Source: Bispira polyomma (taxonomy: Eukaryota). Taken from it: 64,000 nt of DNA. The DNA is taken from assembly GCA_965649765.1 (NCBI GenBank), contig OZ287748.1, positions 86,800,001 to 86,864,000 on the forward strand, read 5' to 3'. Each line of letters opens with the position of its first letter. Position 1 is the first letter of the stretch. Positions 36,801-48,050 of this stretch are shown here, in pieces. Under the pieces are notes generated by a model. It was given only the letters and a program-made list of their open reading frames with translations, did not search any database and had not been told where the DNA came from. The translations under genes were made by a program, and so were the position numbers.

Positions 36801-39800
36801 ATTGTATATGACATCCGAGCCACAACTTTTGCCAGTTGGCCTTTTTGGCTTATAACAGTTATATATGACCTGATATTTTAAAAGGTTGCTACTTATAACT
36901 TGAAACAAAATGTGAAAATGAGATCTTGTACTTTAAAATATGTTATAAATGATGAAATTTAAAGTTATGGTTATTATTATATAATGGGTATCTTTAATAT
37001 TGATGCCTTTTTAAGATTAGTCTAGTCCAGTAACACTAATATGGTAATAGTTATTGAATTTTGGGGAAACTATGGAATCACCTCGACCAGTAAATTTCTT
37101 TAACTTTTTACAAGTGGTCTTGATTCCTGTGTTTTTGTTTGCATTGCTTCATGCACAGAGCTATACAAAACAGCTACTAAATGTAAGTATTGGTTCAGCT
37201 CCTGTAGTAAATGTAAATACATGTATGTCACTAACCATTTACAAATCAATGTTGTATATTGAATATATTTTGCATTGGAGTAGTCCCTATACAACAATGT
37301 TAATTCTTTTATTTATGAAATAAATAGCATGTGTTATCATAGTAATAAAGCTGGTTATACTAGTAAATCAACATGTAGACAAGTTTCATTCGGTTAACTT
37401 AGGTTTCTTATAAAATCTGTATTTTTTAAAGTGTTGGACATGTAATTAAAACTTGTGAGCACTCTATGCCATACAATATCTACTTGAGACAACATTGATG
37501 ATGAGGAAATTTAAGTTAAAAACATATAACTGGGTATGACCAGCATTAATCACAGTGTTTAACTCCTTGGTTTGAATGTTAACAGCAGATGCTAAAGGAA
37601 AGTTTTGCAAAGTGATTTGTATCTCTTTAGTTTTGACTGGTATGATATTACAAACCCTAACACTGTGTGAATGTCTTATATTCTGTCTTCAGTTACATCA
37701 ACATCATGTACATCTAAAAAATGGAAATATATTGATCCAGTGATCCCAGTTGTCTATTTGTAGGAATTATAAATAGCTCCCTCATCATTACTAGGTCTCT
37801 TGCTATGAATTATGTACTACATTGTTTTATTATTTATTTGTTTTTCAGTTGATTGGTCCCAATTCAGTGCAATTACTGAGAGGGTTAATGTCGAAACTTG
37901 AAGCTCATCAAGTCAATGTTTTAAGGTTCATTGCTATAAATGAGATCTTTCTGATGCCAGGAACTATCTTCATGATTTTTACGTAAGCTAATTTTGTACA
38001 TATTAAAAGTAACAGCCATTTTAGTTGAAGCAGTTAATCATAAACCAGGTCTGTTGTATTTTGAGAATGTCTGGTTGAAATGTTCCTTCTTTACATCAGA
38101 TATTTAATATAGTTACTTGAATTGTTTCCATGTTTGTAAGCAAAGGTTTTAATAAAAAATAAAGCAAAAACAAACATGTATAAATTTTTAACTGAAGAAT
38201 TCTGCAGTGCTCAGACACTGCAATTGTACTGAAGGAAAGTTTTATTGTGTCCCCTGCTCTTACGGACACATAGGGATTGCTTTGTCCATCGTCTGTGTCG
38301 TCGTCACCCTTTCGTTTCCGGACTCTAACTCCAAAATCCCTTGATGAATTTTATTCAAATGTGCTACACAGATGTATATGGATCTGAGGAGGAACCCTAT
38401 TGTATGGTGACCTTAAACTCCCAAGAGTTAAAATTCTATGATGACTTTAAGGTTACAGTATATTTCAGTTTTTCCAGACTCAAACTCCAAAACTGCTTGA
38501 TGGATTTCATTCATATTTGGTACACAGATGTATATGGACCTTAGGAGGAACCCTGAGGAGCAATTTTCATCAATTTTGTCCACTTCACTAGTACGGTAGA
38601 CTAACTTAACCTTACGAAAACAGATTATTATTTCATGAACAACATTTTTCGGGTCTGGTAAATTTTGAAATGCTTTGAAATAAAATATGTAATATATACT
38701 AGCTCAACCTGGCGAAAATCTGTTTCATTTCCTAAAAATAAAAGTGAAGGTATCACTGGATGCTTGTTTTATACTTTTCTGCGTTCATACAATGTTTTCT
38801 CTCTCCAACTTCCTGAAGAGCAGGGGACATAGTAACATTCATCTCATTTCTTGTGCGTTGACTCCTTGCTTGCGGACATACATGGTACTAGTGACTACAC
38901 TGTAGTGTCGACCAGGTATCAAGGGGTTCATTGTAAACATAGTTGTGAGTATATTCCTGCTCCCTTTCTATTAAAGTAGCCAGTTGAATAATATAATATA
39001 TTTTTTTCCCTGTTTCAGGGGATCAAGCTCACTGTTGATGCCCTTCATGTACTACAGATTCCTGAGCTTGCGATACGCGTCTCAAAGGAATCCTTACTGC
39101 AGGTAATGTTAACTTAAGGTACTCAGTGACCATATATTCACAACCATTCTTAGAATACAATTCTTTGAATTTTCTTAGTCTCGGCCAAATGAAATTATTT
39201 TCACCCATTCAAATTTGCTCCAGAAAAAAAATTTAAAAATAAGAATCTTTGTGCAGACCATCCCTGGACGGCATAGACGGATATCGGGGCCGCGGTGGCC
39301 TAGTGGTTAGCAAGCATTACGCTTCACAATCACTGGTCTCTCACCTCTGGGTGGCGTGACTTCGAATTCCGTCGATGCCAATGTGGAAAAGGTGATAGTT
39401 CCTTCTGTTGAAAAGGATTTAAATCAAAATCTCTCAACTTACAGAAATTAAAATCCCATTGAATGATCAAAAGAAATACACTTGTAATGGTTCATTTGCT
39501 GTATTTTTATTGGCCACCTACCATAGGTCATATGTATGTGGGATGTTATGACACATGATTTTATATTTACTAACAGACCTCCTGAGTTGTATCAGAGCAC
39601 ACAGTCTTTACTCTTATATTAACCTGTCCATATGTCATCGTGCGAGTACAGTGCAAAGAACCTCTATTATCCAAACATATTAGGAGAGTAAGATTTTGTT
39701 TAGCTAATAGAAGGTTCATGAAATAGAATAGGCATTATATTTGAAAACTGCAGGATAATAGAGATTGTACTTGGCTATGGTATCAAGTGGTGTTTTTGCG

Positions 39801-41778
39801 ATCAATATAGCTTTATTTTTTTGCAGTCGGATCGATTGGTATATCAAAATATGAAAGAGAACTTTATGGTAAACTACAGTTGACCTTCGCATTTCCGTAT
39901 GGTTCATACTTTGTAAAGAATATTAAAATATGAGGCAAGTATTACTGTATTTTATGCCTGGATAGGTGAACAATATTGTGTAGATGAGTTTATTGGGTGA
40001 TTATTGTTATTTATATTACTTTGTTTATTTTTGCAAAGTTGATGTATGTTGATAATGATATATGATCCACCAATTTGGATATTGGCAATTCCGAACAGGT
40101 ATAATCAATATTTTTAGTTCTACTGTATTCTCTCACTTAAACTTGTGATAATAGCTTGTGTATCAGTCCATGTCTTTGTAATTTTAGTGTTCTAATATTA
40201 TTCGTGTCAGATATACCTCATGTGAAAAAGATACTCGCAAAAAGGTAAAAAAAAATTCAGAAAAACATTGTGTGATGAGAATGATGATTTAAATGTGCCA
40301 TTTATGGTTCCATGTGATATGAGACACACATAATCATCCCCTCTCTAAAATTGGCTCAATTGAACTTAATTGCTCTGCGAGTATTTTATGAAAGATATTA
40401 ACAGCAAAATAAGGCGTTTTGAGTGAAAATGGAAACTGTGATGTGTCAAGCTTTTGTGTAAGGTGTGACACAAAATCGTGAAGGGAATCAAATTTTAAAA
40501 GCGAAGGAAATTTAGCGTGTGTTAATTATTCCATAGTTAGATCATTTTTTTGGAGGAGACTATATTCGCTGATTGTTTCATGACAATTTCCCTTCATGTT
40601 TCAGATTAATTTTAATAAAGAATTTGCAACCTATTTTTCCTCTGTGTGTTTTATGTTTCTCAACATCAAACGTCTATGCTTGAAATTTAGGAATTTTAGC
40701 CATTACTTAAAATGTACTGATGTTACTGTGTAAATGAAAATTACTATTAGAAATTAGTTTTACCTACTGTCTTGGCCAAATAGAAGTACAGATACATGCA
40801 ATGCTATTTGTTGGTTGTAGATGTTCTGAATGTGATAAAAAGTAAAACAAGGTGGTAAAATGTGACCTTGGACCTCACCAATATGTACATTTTGATTTGT
40901 TCATCCAATTGTTCTCAGTCTTGAACTATTGTACACTGTGGAGTTATTAATTATGTCCATGAATCATTTCCGGCATCCCACATTTAGGTTTCCATTCATC
41001 TAAAGAAATACAAATTTGCTGCGTAGCGTTATCCTGATAGTAACTGCTCGGAATTTCTGTTGACTTTGTCACCTGTCTTGGTTCTTTTGCCATGGCAACA
41101 CATAAATTTGGGGTTTCCATTCATCTAAAGGAAAAGTAATGAAGATAACCTCACCAAATTTGGTGTGTGGTGTGATTTTCATGATAGCAGCCTGCGTGGG
41201 ATTGCTGTTGGGGTTAACCATCCCTCTTGGTTCTGTTGCCATGGCAACAAATCACTTTGGCGTTTCTGTTCATTTAAAGGGAGACTTGAAGATATTCTCA
41301 CTAAATTTTGTGTGTGGTTTTGACATTATATTAGCTTGCTTCAAGATTCCTTTTTGGGGTTTCTCACCGTTTTGGTTCTGTTACCATGGTAACAAATAGA
41401 TTTTGGGTTTCTCTTCAATTTAAATGAAAACTAATTAGGATATCCTCAACAAAGTTGGTGTACAACTTTGTCATTGAAATAGCTTGCTTGGGATCTATAA
41501 TTGTGGATTTCTTAGAATGCAGGTTTAACGTACCTCCAGAAGCTTGTATTGCAAGACCATGTGGTAAAGATTTGCTGTAATACATTCTCTCTCTCTATAT
41601 ATGTACCTTGTATATCTCTCCCCTGTTTAGGCAAGTGTTCTATGAGCTGCGGGTTTCCGTGGAGATGTTAATTGCTCGTCCTCAATGCCCAGCGCCAGTC
41701 AGAAACATGTGTAACCGAGCAATCTCATTCGTCAGTCGCCTCGCACCCCCAGTGGTTGTCAACTCTGCCAGCCAGTAA
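33689..41778 (+). CDS. TMEM33: Transmembrane protein 33 (TMEM33/Pom33 family, ER-shaping reticulon partner), 276 aa; exons 33689-33808, 34702-34796, 36256-36437, 37115-37182, 37849-37982, 39019-39102, 41631-41778
   Basis: The spliced 831-nt ORF contains family motifs ALWATRLFTV, ALLSNAATSALRLHQRLP, LEDSAHYLFY, RFIAINEIFLMP, YYRFLSLRYASQRNPYCR and FVSRLAP. All junctions have AG/GT and consistent phases. Confidence 0.96.
33891..34065. mobile_element. pogo/Tc1-mariner MITE (TA TSD)
   Basis: ta-cagttgaaccctgttaagtc ... cttaaaggtgttcgactg-ta. Confidence 0.7.
34702..34796 (+). CDS. TMEM33: TMEM33 coding exon 2
   Basis: tatttag|NHMSRNKVEAALWATRLFTVGCVFNFFIPIW(A)|gtaagt. Confidence 0.92.
35040..35310. 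repeat. diverged ~128-bp tandem duplication
   Basis: atttatg..ctaaaggg...aggacccaatgtaatttaataacagg...cacaagtgc occurs twice. Confidence 0.85.
35990..36215 (+). mobile_element. tRNA-derived SINE (family B)
   Basis: gaccgtggtggtcttgtggttag...gtgggttcgaatccc...tatgacctaagctgttgaaagtgatgaaaacccaa. Confidence 0.75.
36256..36437 (+). CDS. TMEM33: TMEM33 coding exon 3
   Basis: tttcag|YPANAYHKALLSNAATSALRLHQRLP...GYPLT(M)|gtatcctt. Confidence 0.93.
36438..37114 (+). other. U12-type (minor spliceosome) GT-AG intron in TMEM33
   Basis: The 5' site is GTATCCTTT (36438-36446). The branch sequence TTTCTTTAAC (37095-37104) lies ~10 nt before the AG, and there is no long polypyrimidine tract. Confidence 0.9.
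37115..37182 (+). CDS. TMEM33: TMEM33 coding exon 4
   Basis: tacaag|(M)VLIPVFLFALLHAQSYTKQLLN|gtaagt. Confidence 0.92.
37849..37982 (+). CDS. TMEM33: TMEM33 coding exon 5
   Basis: tttttcag|LIGPNSVQLLRGLMSKLEAHQVNVLRFIAINEIFLMPGTIFMIF(T)|gtaagc. Confidence 0.93.
38240..38854 (+). mobile_element. Helentron-associated non-autonomous element (HINE/DINE-1/pearl-like)
   Basis: T-rich start; subTIR tgtcccctgctc (38248) / gagcaggggaca (38818); gtccatcgtctgt microsatellite-like block; ~140-bp internal tandem repeat; ends ttcttgt. Confidence 0.75.
39019..39102 (+). CDS. TMEM33: TMEM33 coding exon 6
   Basis: tgtttcag|GSSSLLMPFMYYRFLSLRYASQRNPYC(R)|gtaatg. Confidence 0.93.
39287..39420 (+). mobile_element. 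tRNA-derived SINE (family B), 3'-deleted
   Basis: ggggccgcggtggcctagtggttagcaagc...ttcgaattccg; nearly the same head at 55218 and 56458. Confidence 0.75.
40950..41570 (+). mobile_element. second HINE-like element with three ~155-bp internal repeats
   Basis: Repeated tttgg(g)gtttcc/tcatctaaagg...caccaaatttggtgtgtgg...ttggttctgttgccatggcaac units. Confidence 0.6.
41631..41778 (+). CDS. TMEM33: TMEM33 last coding exon
   Basis: ctgtttag|QVFYELRVSVEMLIARPQCPAPVRNMCNRAISFVSRLAPPVVVNSASQ* (TAA 41776-41778). Confidence 0.93.
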
Positions 41779-41990
41779 CCCAACCAGTGTAACGTCAACT
41801 GTGGGTTGGTCTAGATATCCGTAAAAAACCTTTTTCTAATCAGAAAAAATGGTACATCTGGAAGTCCTATTGCACTAATGCTAAACCAACAGTTTCTGTA
41901 GGTTTCATAGGTACTTATAAGCTTTTTTAAGTGAAATACTTTGGATAGGTTCATTACACTAAAAGATTCCATGTATTCTACAGTAAAGTA

Positions 41991-42177
41991 CAGTAGAACC
42001 TCTATTATCCGACCATATTGGGAGAGTGAGAATTTGTTTAGATGATAGAAAGGTCCGCAAAATAAAAAGGGCATATTAACATGAAACAATAGCAAAATAT
42101 AAGTTTGGGAGAGTGGAATTGAGTTCGTAAAATTGAATATTTGGATAACAGAGGATCAGATAATAGAGGTTCTACTG
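41991..42177. mobile_element. best-preserved copy of the CAGTAGAACC MITE, in the TMEM33 3'UTR
   Basis: ta-cagtagaacctctattatc ... gataatagaggttctactg-ta. Confidence 0.92.
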
Positions 42178-44239
42178 TATTCAGGTCTCATTTTAAAGTA
42201 CCAGTAAATCTGTGAGTTATGGAAACACCACCAGGGAAAGTTTCACTTGCTACTGATGTTGGTAATGTAATTACTGTACATAGAAAGCACTAAATATTAA
42301 AGTAATACTGGTTTCTCTCTCGGAAACACCCAGGGGCGAAAATGGTGAAAATTCACACAAGTGGGGGGGTGGGCATTTGCAAGAGCATGGGCGTAAATTA
42401 AATAAAACTCTCCTAGTCGATCTGTGAAGTAGAATATCCAGCAAATCCATACAATTCCTTGTGAAAAACTGCCTCATTTTGTTGTTTTTATCTCCAACTG
42501 TCACTAAATATAAAAACATACTGTGTACCGGAAATTACAGGTGCTCCCAGGTGAAAAAAATGTCACCATTCCCAGTGTAAACAGGAAGCGCACATCGATG
42601 GTTGCTTAGTGACCAAGTTACCTTAAACTGGTATGTTTTGCAAAGTTTTGCATACAAAAACATTGATTTATGATACTTTGTTCATGGTATTTGTTCTTAT
42701 ATGATACGTTCTTTGCAAAAATAATCGGTCGTTTTCCATAATATTTGAAAAGTTAGGGATGGGCGCTTCCATGAATTTGGGTGGTATCGAGAACGGAACC
42801 AGTATATAGAGATTATCTGAACTTATTAAGAGAATAGGAGGTTCAGAAAATTGAAGAGGTCATTTTAGTAAATAACAAAAGGATAATAGAAATTTGGCAG
42901 GAGAAAAGTGTGTTCATAAAAAAAATGAATTATTAGGATAATTTTAGTTTGGGTACTAGTGTTTAAAACTAGAAAATAAGCTGTATAAATAGTAACTAAT
43001 ACAAAACTAAATGACAAAACAGTAAATTTGTAACAGGTATAAATAGTTTTATAGTAAAGACTATTACTTGAGCGTTAGGGACTGTAGTCTTTGCCAGATT
43101 GACTGTTAAATGACTGTATTCTGGACTAAAGCTCCTGGGCTAATACAGTAGAACCTCTATTATCCAAACTTTGTTTCAAACTAAAATACCACTTCTATTT
43201 TTAGACCCTTCTATTAACCAAACCAAATCTTCCTCTCCCAAACATCTTCAGATAATAGAGGTTCTACTGGATATATGTGTCCCAAGTTAGCATTCCAAAA
43301 CAGGGATTGCTCTTATTATGTATAAGTCAAGGTTAAAGTAAGACAATTCTGGCAAATCCTAATTAAGTGAAGTTTCAAGGAATTACTTACACTTAAATAG
43401 GATTTCCACTTTAGGAGAATAACTTTCAGTGGGAAATACAAGAGAACTTCTATTATCCAAACATGTCGAAAGAGCAAGATATCTTCAGAATGATAGAAGG
43501 TTCATAAAACGTAACAGTGGTTTTACTTCATAAGAATATGAAAATGCAAAATTTGGGAGAGACTGAAATCGTTTTCATAAAATTGAATATTTAAACAATA
43601 GATATTCGACTGTATGAGATGTGTAAAGTACAGACAGGAAAATCAACCAGAAAGATTTTCTATATATATTACTACAAAATGGAATAAAACCTGTTGAAGT
43701 TAATGTATACCTTAAATATATTTGATATATATAGTGAGTGGATATAGTTTTACAGTCATGAAGTGTCACTGCCAGACTGTTCAACTTGGTCTGACTTTTT
43801 GAGTCAAGTAATAGCAGCATTATAAACAAATCTGGCACAATTGAAACTCATTCAACAGCTATAATAACTATTTTTCACTTGTTTTAAGCTGGATAAATGT
43901 CTAGGTGTAAATTTAAACCCTTTAAAATTACTGTATGTTTTTTTTTTTTTTGTACTGGGAATGTATGTTATGATATTACTTTCTGGTTATTAATCTTCGG
44001 ATTAAGTTTCAAACTTGATGGTAACTACAAATTGGATACAATTTTATAAATATTGGGAGATCAAAATATAAGCTCGGAATTGTATGATTGATGTTTATTT
44101 TGTTCTTGTCGTATATGTGTGGTTTAATGTGTCACTCAATCAAGTGTAGTCATATTTGTGCACATAGCGATAGCATTTATCAATTAGTTTGATTATTGGC
44201 ATGTGTGTCTTGTTTGTAATTTAACCATAGATGTGTTGG

Positions 44240-44245
44240 AATAAA
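44240..44245 (+). terminator. candidate TMEM33 polyadenylation signal
   Basis: AATAAA followed by a GT/T-rich downstream element (tctgtgtttgtttttgtatttttt). Confidence 0.5.
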
Positions 44246-44979
44246 TTATTTTGATTCTGTGTTTGTTTTTGTATTTTTTCAACATTAAACTTTATTACAT
44301 TGTCAGTTTTTGATGTTAAGATTATTGCAGTAGTTCAGTAGATAAGACATGTTTGAAGTTTAGCACTTGTTTTATATTATGATAGTTTTCAGTGAGTGCT
44401 TGCATGGTAGTACCTTACAGCAAGAAGCATTTGTATTTGAAAAAATTCAAAAGTACTTCTGTTTGTATTTAAATACATTTCAATGTATTTGACCCCATCT
44501 CTTAGTGCAGAAGGTCAAATTCTTGGTTCTGTTGCTTTGTCATATGAAATTAGAAATGAATGTTTAAACCCGATTCATTCATTCACCACTATTAGAGCAA
44601 GATTCCTTTCTACCAAATTTAATTTGGTTGGGTTTTACGTTGCTTTCAACAGCTTAGGTCATATCATGATGGTCAGATTTAATTAGCACTAGGAAGAGTT
44701 AAACTTTTTGCAGTCTAATGCTCTGGCACCATTACTCTACTCTTTAACAAGTACTCTTTTACGATAAAAAAAGGTGGAAATGGCTCACTATTCTTTTATA
44801 TGTATAAAAAAATTAACTCAGTTTACACCATCTGCATGTTAATATCTGCAAAAATGTTGGGATTTAACCAAAAAAACATATCCTCTTTTTACTTGTGTAC
44901 TCTGAAATGCTTATTATTCTATTCTTTAACAAGTACTCTTGTACTTTTTAAAAAGACCTAGTTTAGTAGTGGATGAAAG

Positions 44980-45130
44980 CAGTGCTGAAGCACTGTAAAC
45001 CACAGAACTTCAACCAGTACCTAACTATCTTTCCGACATGAAGGAACAATTGGGATTAGAACCCACATTGGAGAGAGACTAGTGATTGTGAAACAGGCGC
45101 TTCTAACTACTAGACCACCGCTGCCTCTCC
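44980..45130 (-). mobile_element. tRNA-derived SINE (family B)
   Basis: gggattagaacccac...cagg cgcttctaactactagaccaccgctgcc is the reverse complement of the family head. Confidence 0.65.
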
Positions 45131-47887
45131 ACTATACTGAAAAACATTCTTGGATAACATGTTTTGGACAGCTAAGGTGTCGCTGAAAGACATATTGTAA
45201 ATGTTTTTAATGTCTAGGTCATATGTTGTGTTATTACTTGATTAATACATCTACCATATTTTCACCACTGCTTACTTCTACTGCTTTACTTCCATATTCA
45301 CTTTGTTGTTTACTTTGTCCACTTGGAATGTGTTATCTGAGCATTAAGGCTCTGGCGATTAGCGCTAGCATCGATGCATTAATCGAGTGAGACAAGAGAA
45401 ACGATACATCGAGCCGGGCTTTGCTACTTGATCATGTATATAGACTATATATAATATAGTACTTCCTATTGGCAGAATTTTAGTATGCACCGAAAACCAC
45501 ATTGTCGCCTAGGACAAATATAAATAATAAATACCTAAAAATGTAAGTTTATTTTCATTTTACACCTAAATTTGAAGGTCTCCATGAAATCTGTAGCAGA
45601 GTATGGCATAGAAGATGTTTTAAGATGGTCGTCAATAAAGTTCTCAATAAAGTAGGCACATTGTAGTACAAAATAAGAAACAAGAATAATATATACGTTA
45701 AGTGGGAAAAAATGAATGTCACAGAATAGTGGGTAGATTGTTTATCTCTCCAGTCATTGATATAGATGAAAGTTATTTATAGAATATACCTGATGTGGGG
45801 AAAAATTTGGTGGCACAAACTAAAGGAGAAAATTTGTCCTATTGTAGTATATCCATGTTGAGCCACAGGTAGCACCTCTATTATCCAAAGATGTTAGGGG
45901 AGCATTTCATAAAATAGAACGAGGCATGTCAGTATGAAAAAATGGGTACATATAATTATTCAGGAGATTGAAAATAGGTTCGTAAATTTTAATATTTGAA
46001 TAATATAAGTTTAGATAATAGAGGTTTTACTGTATAAACAGCTGTTGAAAGGTAATAAAGGAATGGGTACAATTTGTTAAATACTATTTGTGATGCAAAC
46101 TATATATTGAAGTTGATGTCCTGATCAGTATATGTAGAGTACAACATAAACATAGGCCGCCTTGTCACAGGGACAGTAGTTTTCACTTGCGGGACACCAC
46201 TGACCCGAGTTGTGAAGGTTAGGTTAGCAACTTGACTACAATAAACTGTCTCATTATCATTACATTTTTGGGCCTGGACACTACAAATATAGGATTCATT
46301 GGTCCAATGAGCGATCTGCGGTCCCTTAATATGCAAGAAGTCTATATCACAGCCAGAGAATCAAAACAATACATCTTCTCGCTGATATTGATAAGACAAT
46401 GTACCCACTACTGTAGATCTTCTGTGTAGATAGTTAATCAGTTTTACAGCTTACAAGCTAATGGTGTTTGTGTGTGTGTTTAAGTCTAGAAATATATATA
46501 TATTGTATTACATAGATATTTATATCGATACTACTTTTACATGTTGTTAAAAAATCACAGTATGAAAACTTGTGTATAGAGAGTTCACTAGTACAGTAGA
46601 ACCTTTATTATTCAAACCTGTTGAGAGAGAGAGAGCAAAATTTTGTTCGGATAACCGAAGATTCAGAAAATATGTGAGGCATTTGTATGTAAAACAATAG
46701 AAAAATCTAAATTTGGAAAGAGTGGAAAGGAGTTTATAAAATTGAATATTTAGATATAACAGAAGTTTGGATAACAGAGGTTTTACTGTAAATAGATCTA
46801 GTCAAACTACTTGTAATGATGTCATAGAGTTTGGAAAATATATAGCTTTAAAGTGCAGAGATTAATTTACACGTTGTGTCTTATTACTGAAAGAAACTCA
46901 GACTTACATTGTACTGACTTCCCTATTGCTTTTAGGTAAACACCAGATTGACAGTTGTATAAACTTATTTAGGTGTAAGATTTAAGGGGATTTTTCTTGT
47001 AAAGCTTGTAACACACTTTATCTGTATGTCGTATCATTTTTTGTTTGTAATTTTTTAAGAAGCATAGAAAACATCTGATGTAAAACAAACTTATGTATGA
47101 TCAAATAAATGGTTGTCATAATTCTCTATATTTTATTTATAGCCATTTTTTCACAGTAGAACCTCTGTTATCCAAACATGTAGGCAGATTAAGATTTTGT
47201 TCCGATAATGGAAGTTTCATAGAAGAGAAGAATAGAAAAGGTGTTTTAGTATAAATTAATAGGGCATAACTTAAACTTGGGAGAGTGGAAATGAGTTCAT
47301 AAATTGAATATTTGGATAACAGAAATTTTGAATAATAGAGGTGACACTATACTCATAGTTAATATACAATTTCAATCTCTATTATCCGAACACAATGGGA
47401 GAGCAAGATCTTTTTCGGAAAATAAAAGGTTCTTAAAATATAGAAGAGGCAATTTTGTCTAAAAGTATGGGAAAACTTATATTTGGGAGAGTTAAATTTA
47501 ATCGTAAAATTAAATATTTGGATAATAGAAGTTCATAAAATAGAGCTTCTACTGCATGTAAAAAACATGGAGTCAAGCTGTTTAAGTCAAGCTTTTGACA
47601 CTAATGGACACTATACAAATTGTTTGATAGCCCTGCAGCAGACCCCCTGGCCATGTTAAGCAACACTCTACAGCACTTTCAACAAGCCTAACTTTCACAT
47701 ACAAGAAGCAGAGATACAGAAATCAAATCTCAAACTTATAAAATCGTAGGCCACTAAAATGTGTGCCATTTTTCACACAAATATCCGCGGATTTGAAATT
47801 GCAGCTATCTCAGCCAATCAAAGTCTTTGAAAAAATATTTTCAGCTGATCAAATTGCTTAAGACAAAAATATAAGAGACTAAGAATT

Positions 47888-48050
47888 TGGGTTTATTTGG
47901 GTTTTTCGTCGTTTTGAACAGTTTTGGTCATATTGCGATGACCAGGATTAGTGGTTGGGGAAAACACCAACCTGCAGCAAGTACCTGACAAACTTTCTCA
48001 CATGAAGAAAGAATCTGTTGGATTCGATCCCCAGAGGTGAGATTATGACT
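47888..48050 (-). mobile_element. tRNA-derived SINE (family B), decayed
   Basis: tttgggtttttcgtcgttttgaacagttttggtcatattgcg...ggattcgatccc. Confidence 0.6.

Noticed and set aside
39287-39380. tRNA-like sequence (A/B boxes, long variable arm, Leu/Ser-like)
   Set aside because: It continues into a SINE body and recurs as decayed copies (55218, 56458, 35990); the cloverleaf is not intact, so it is a SINE head and not a tRNA gene.
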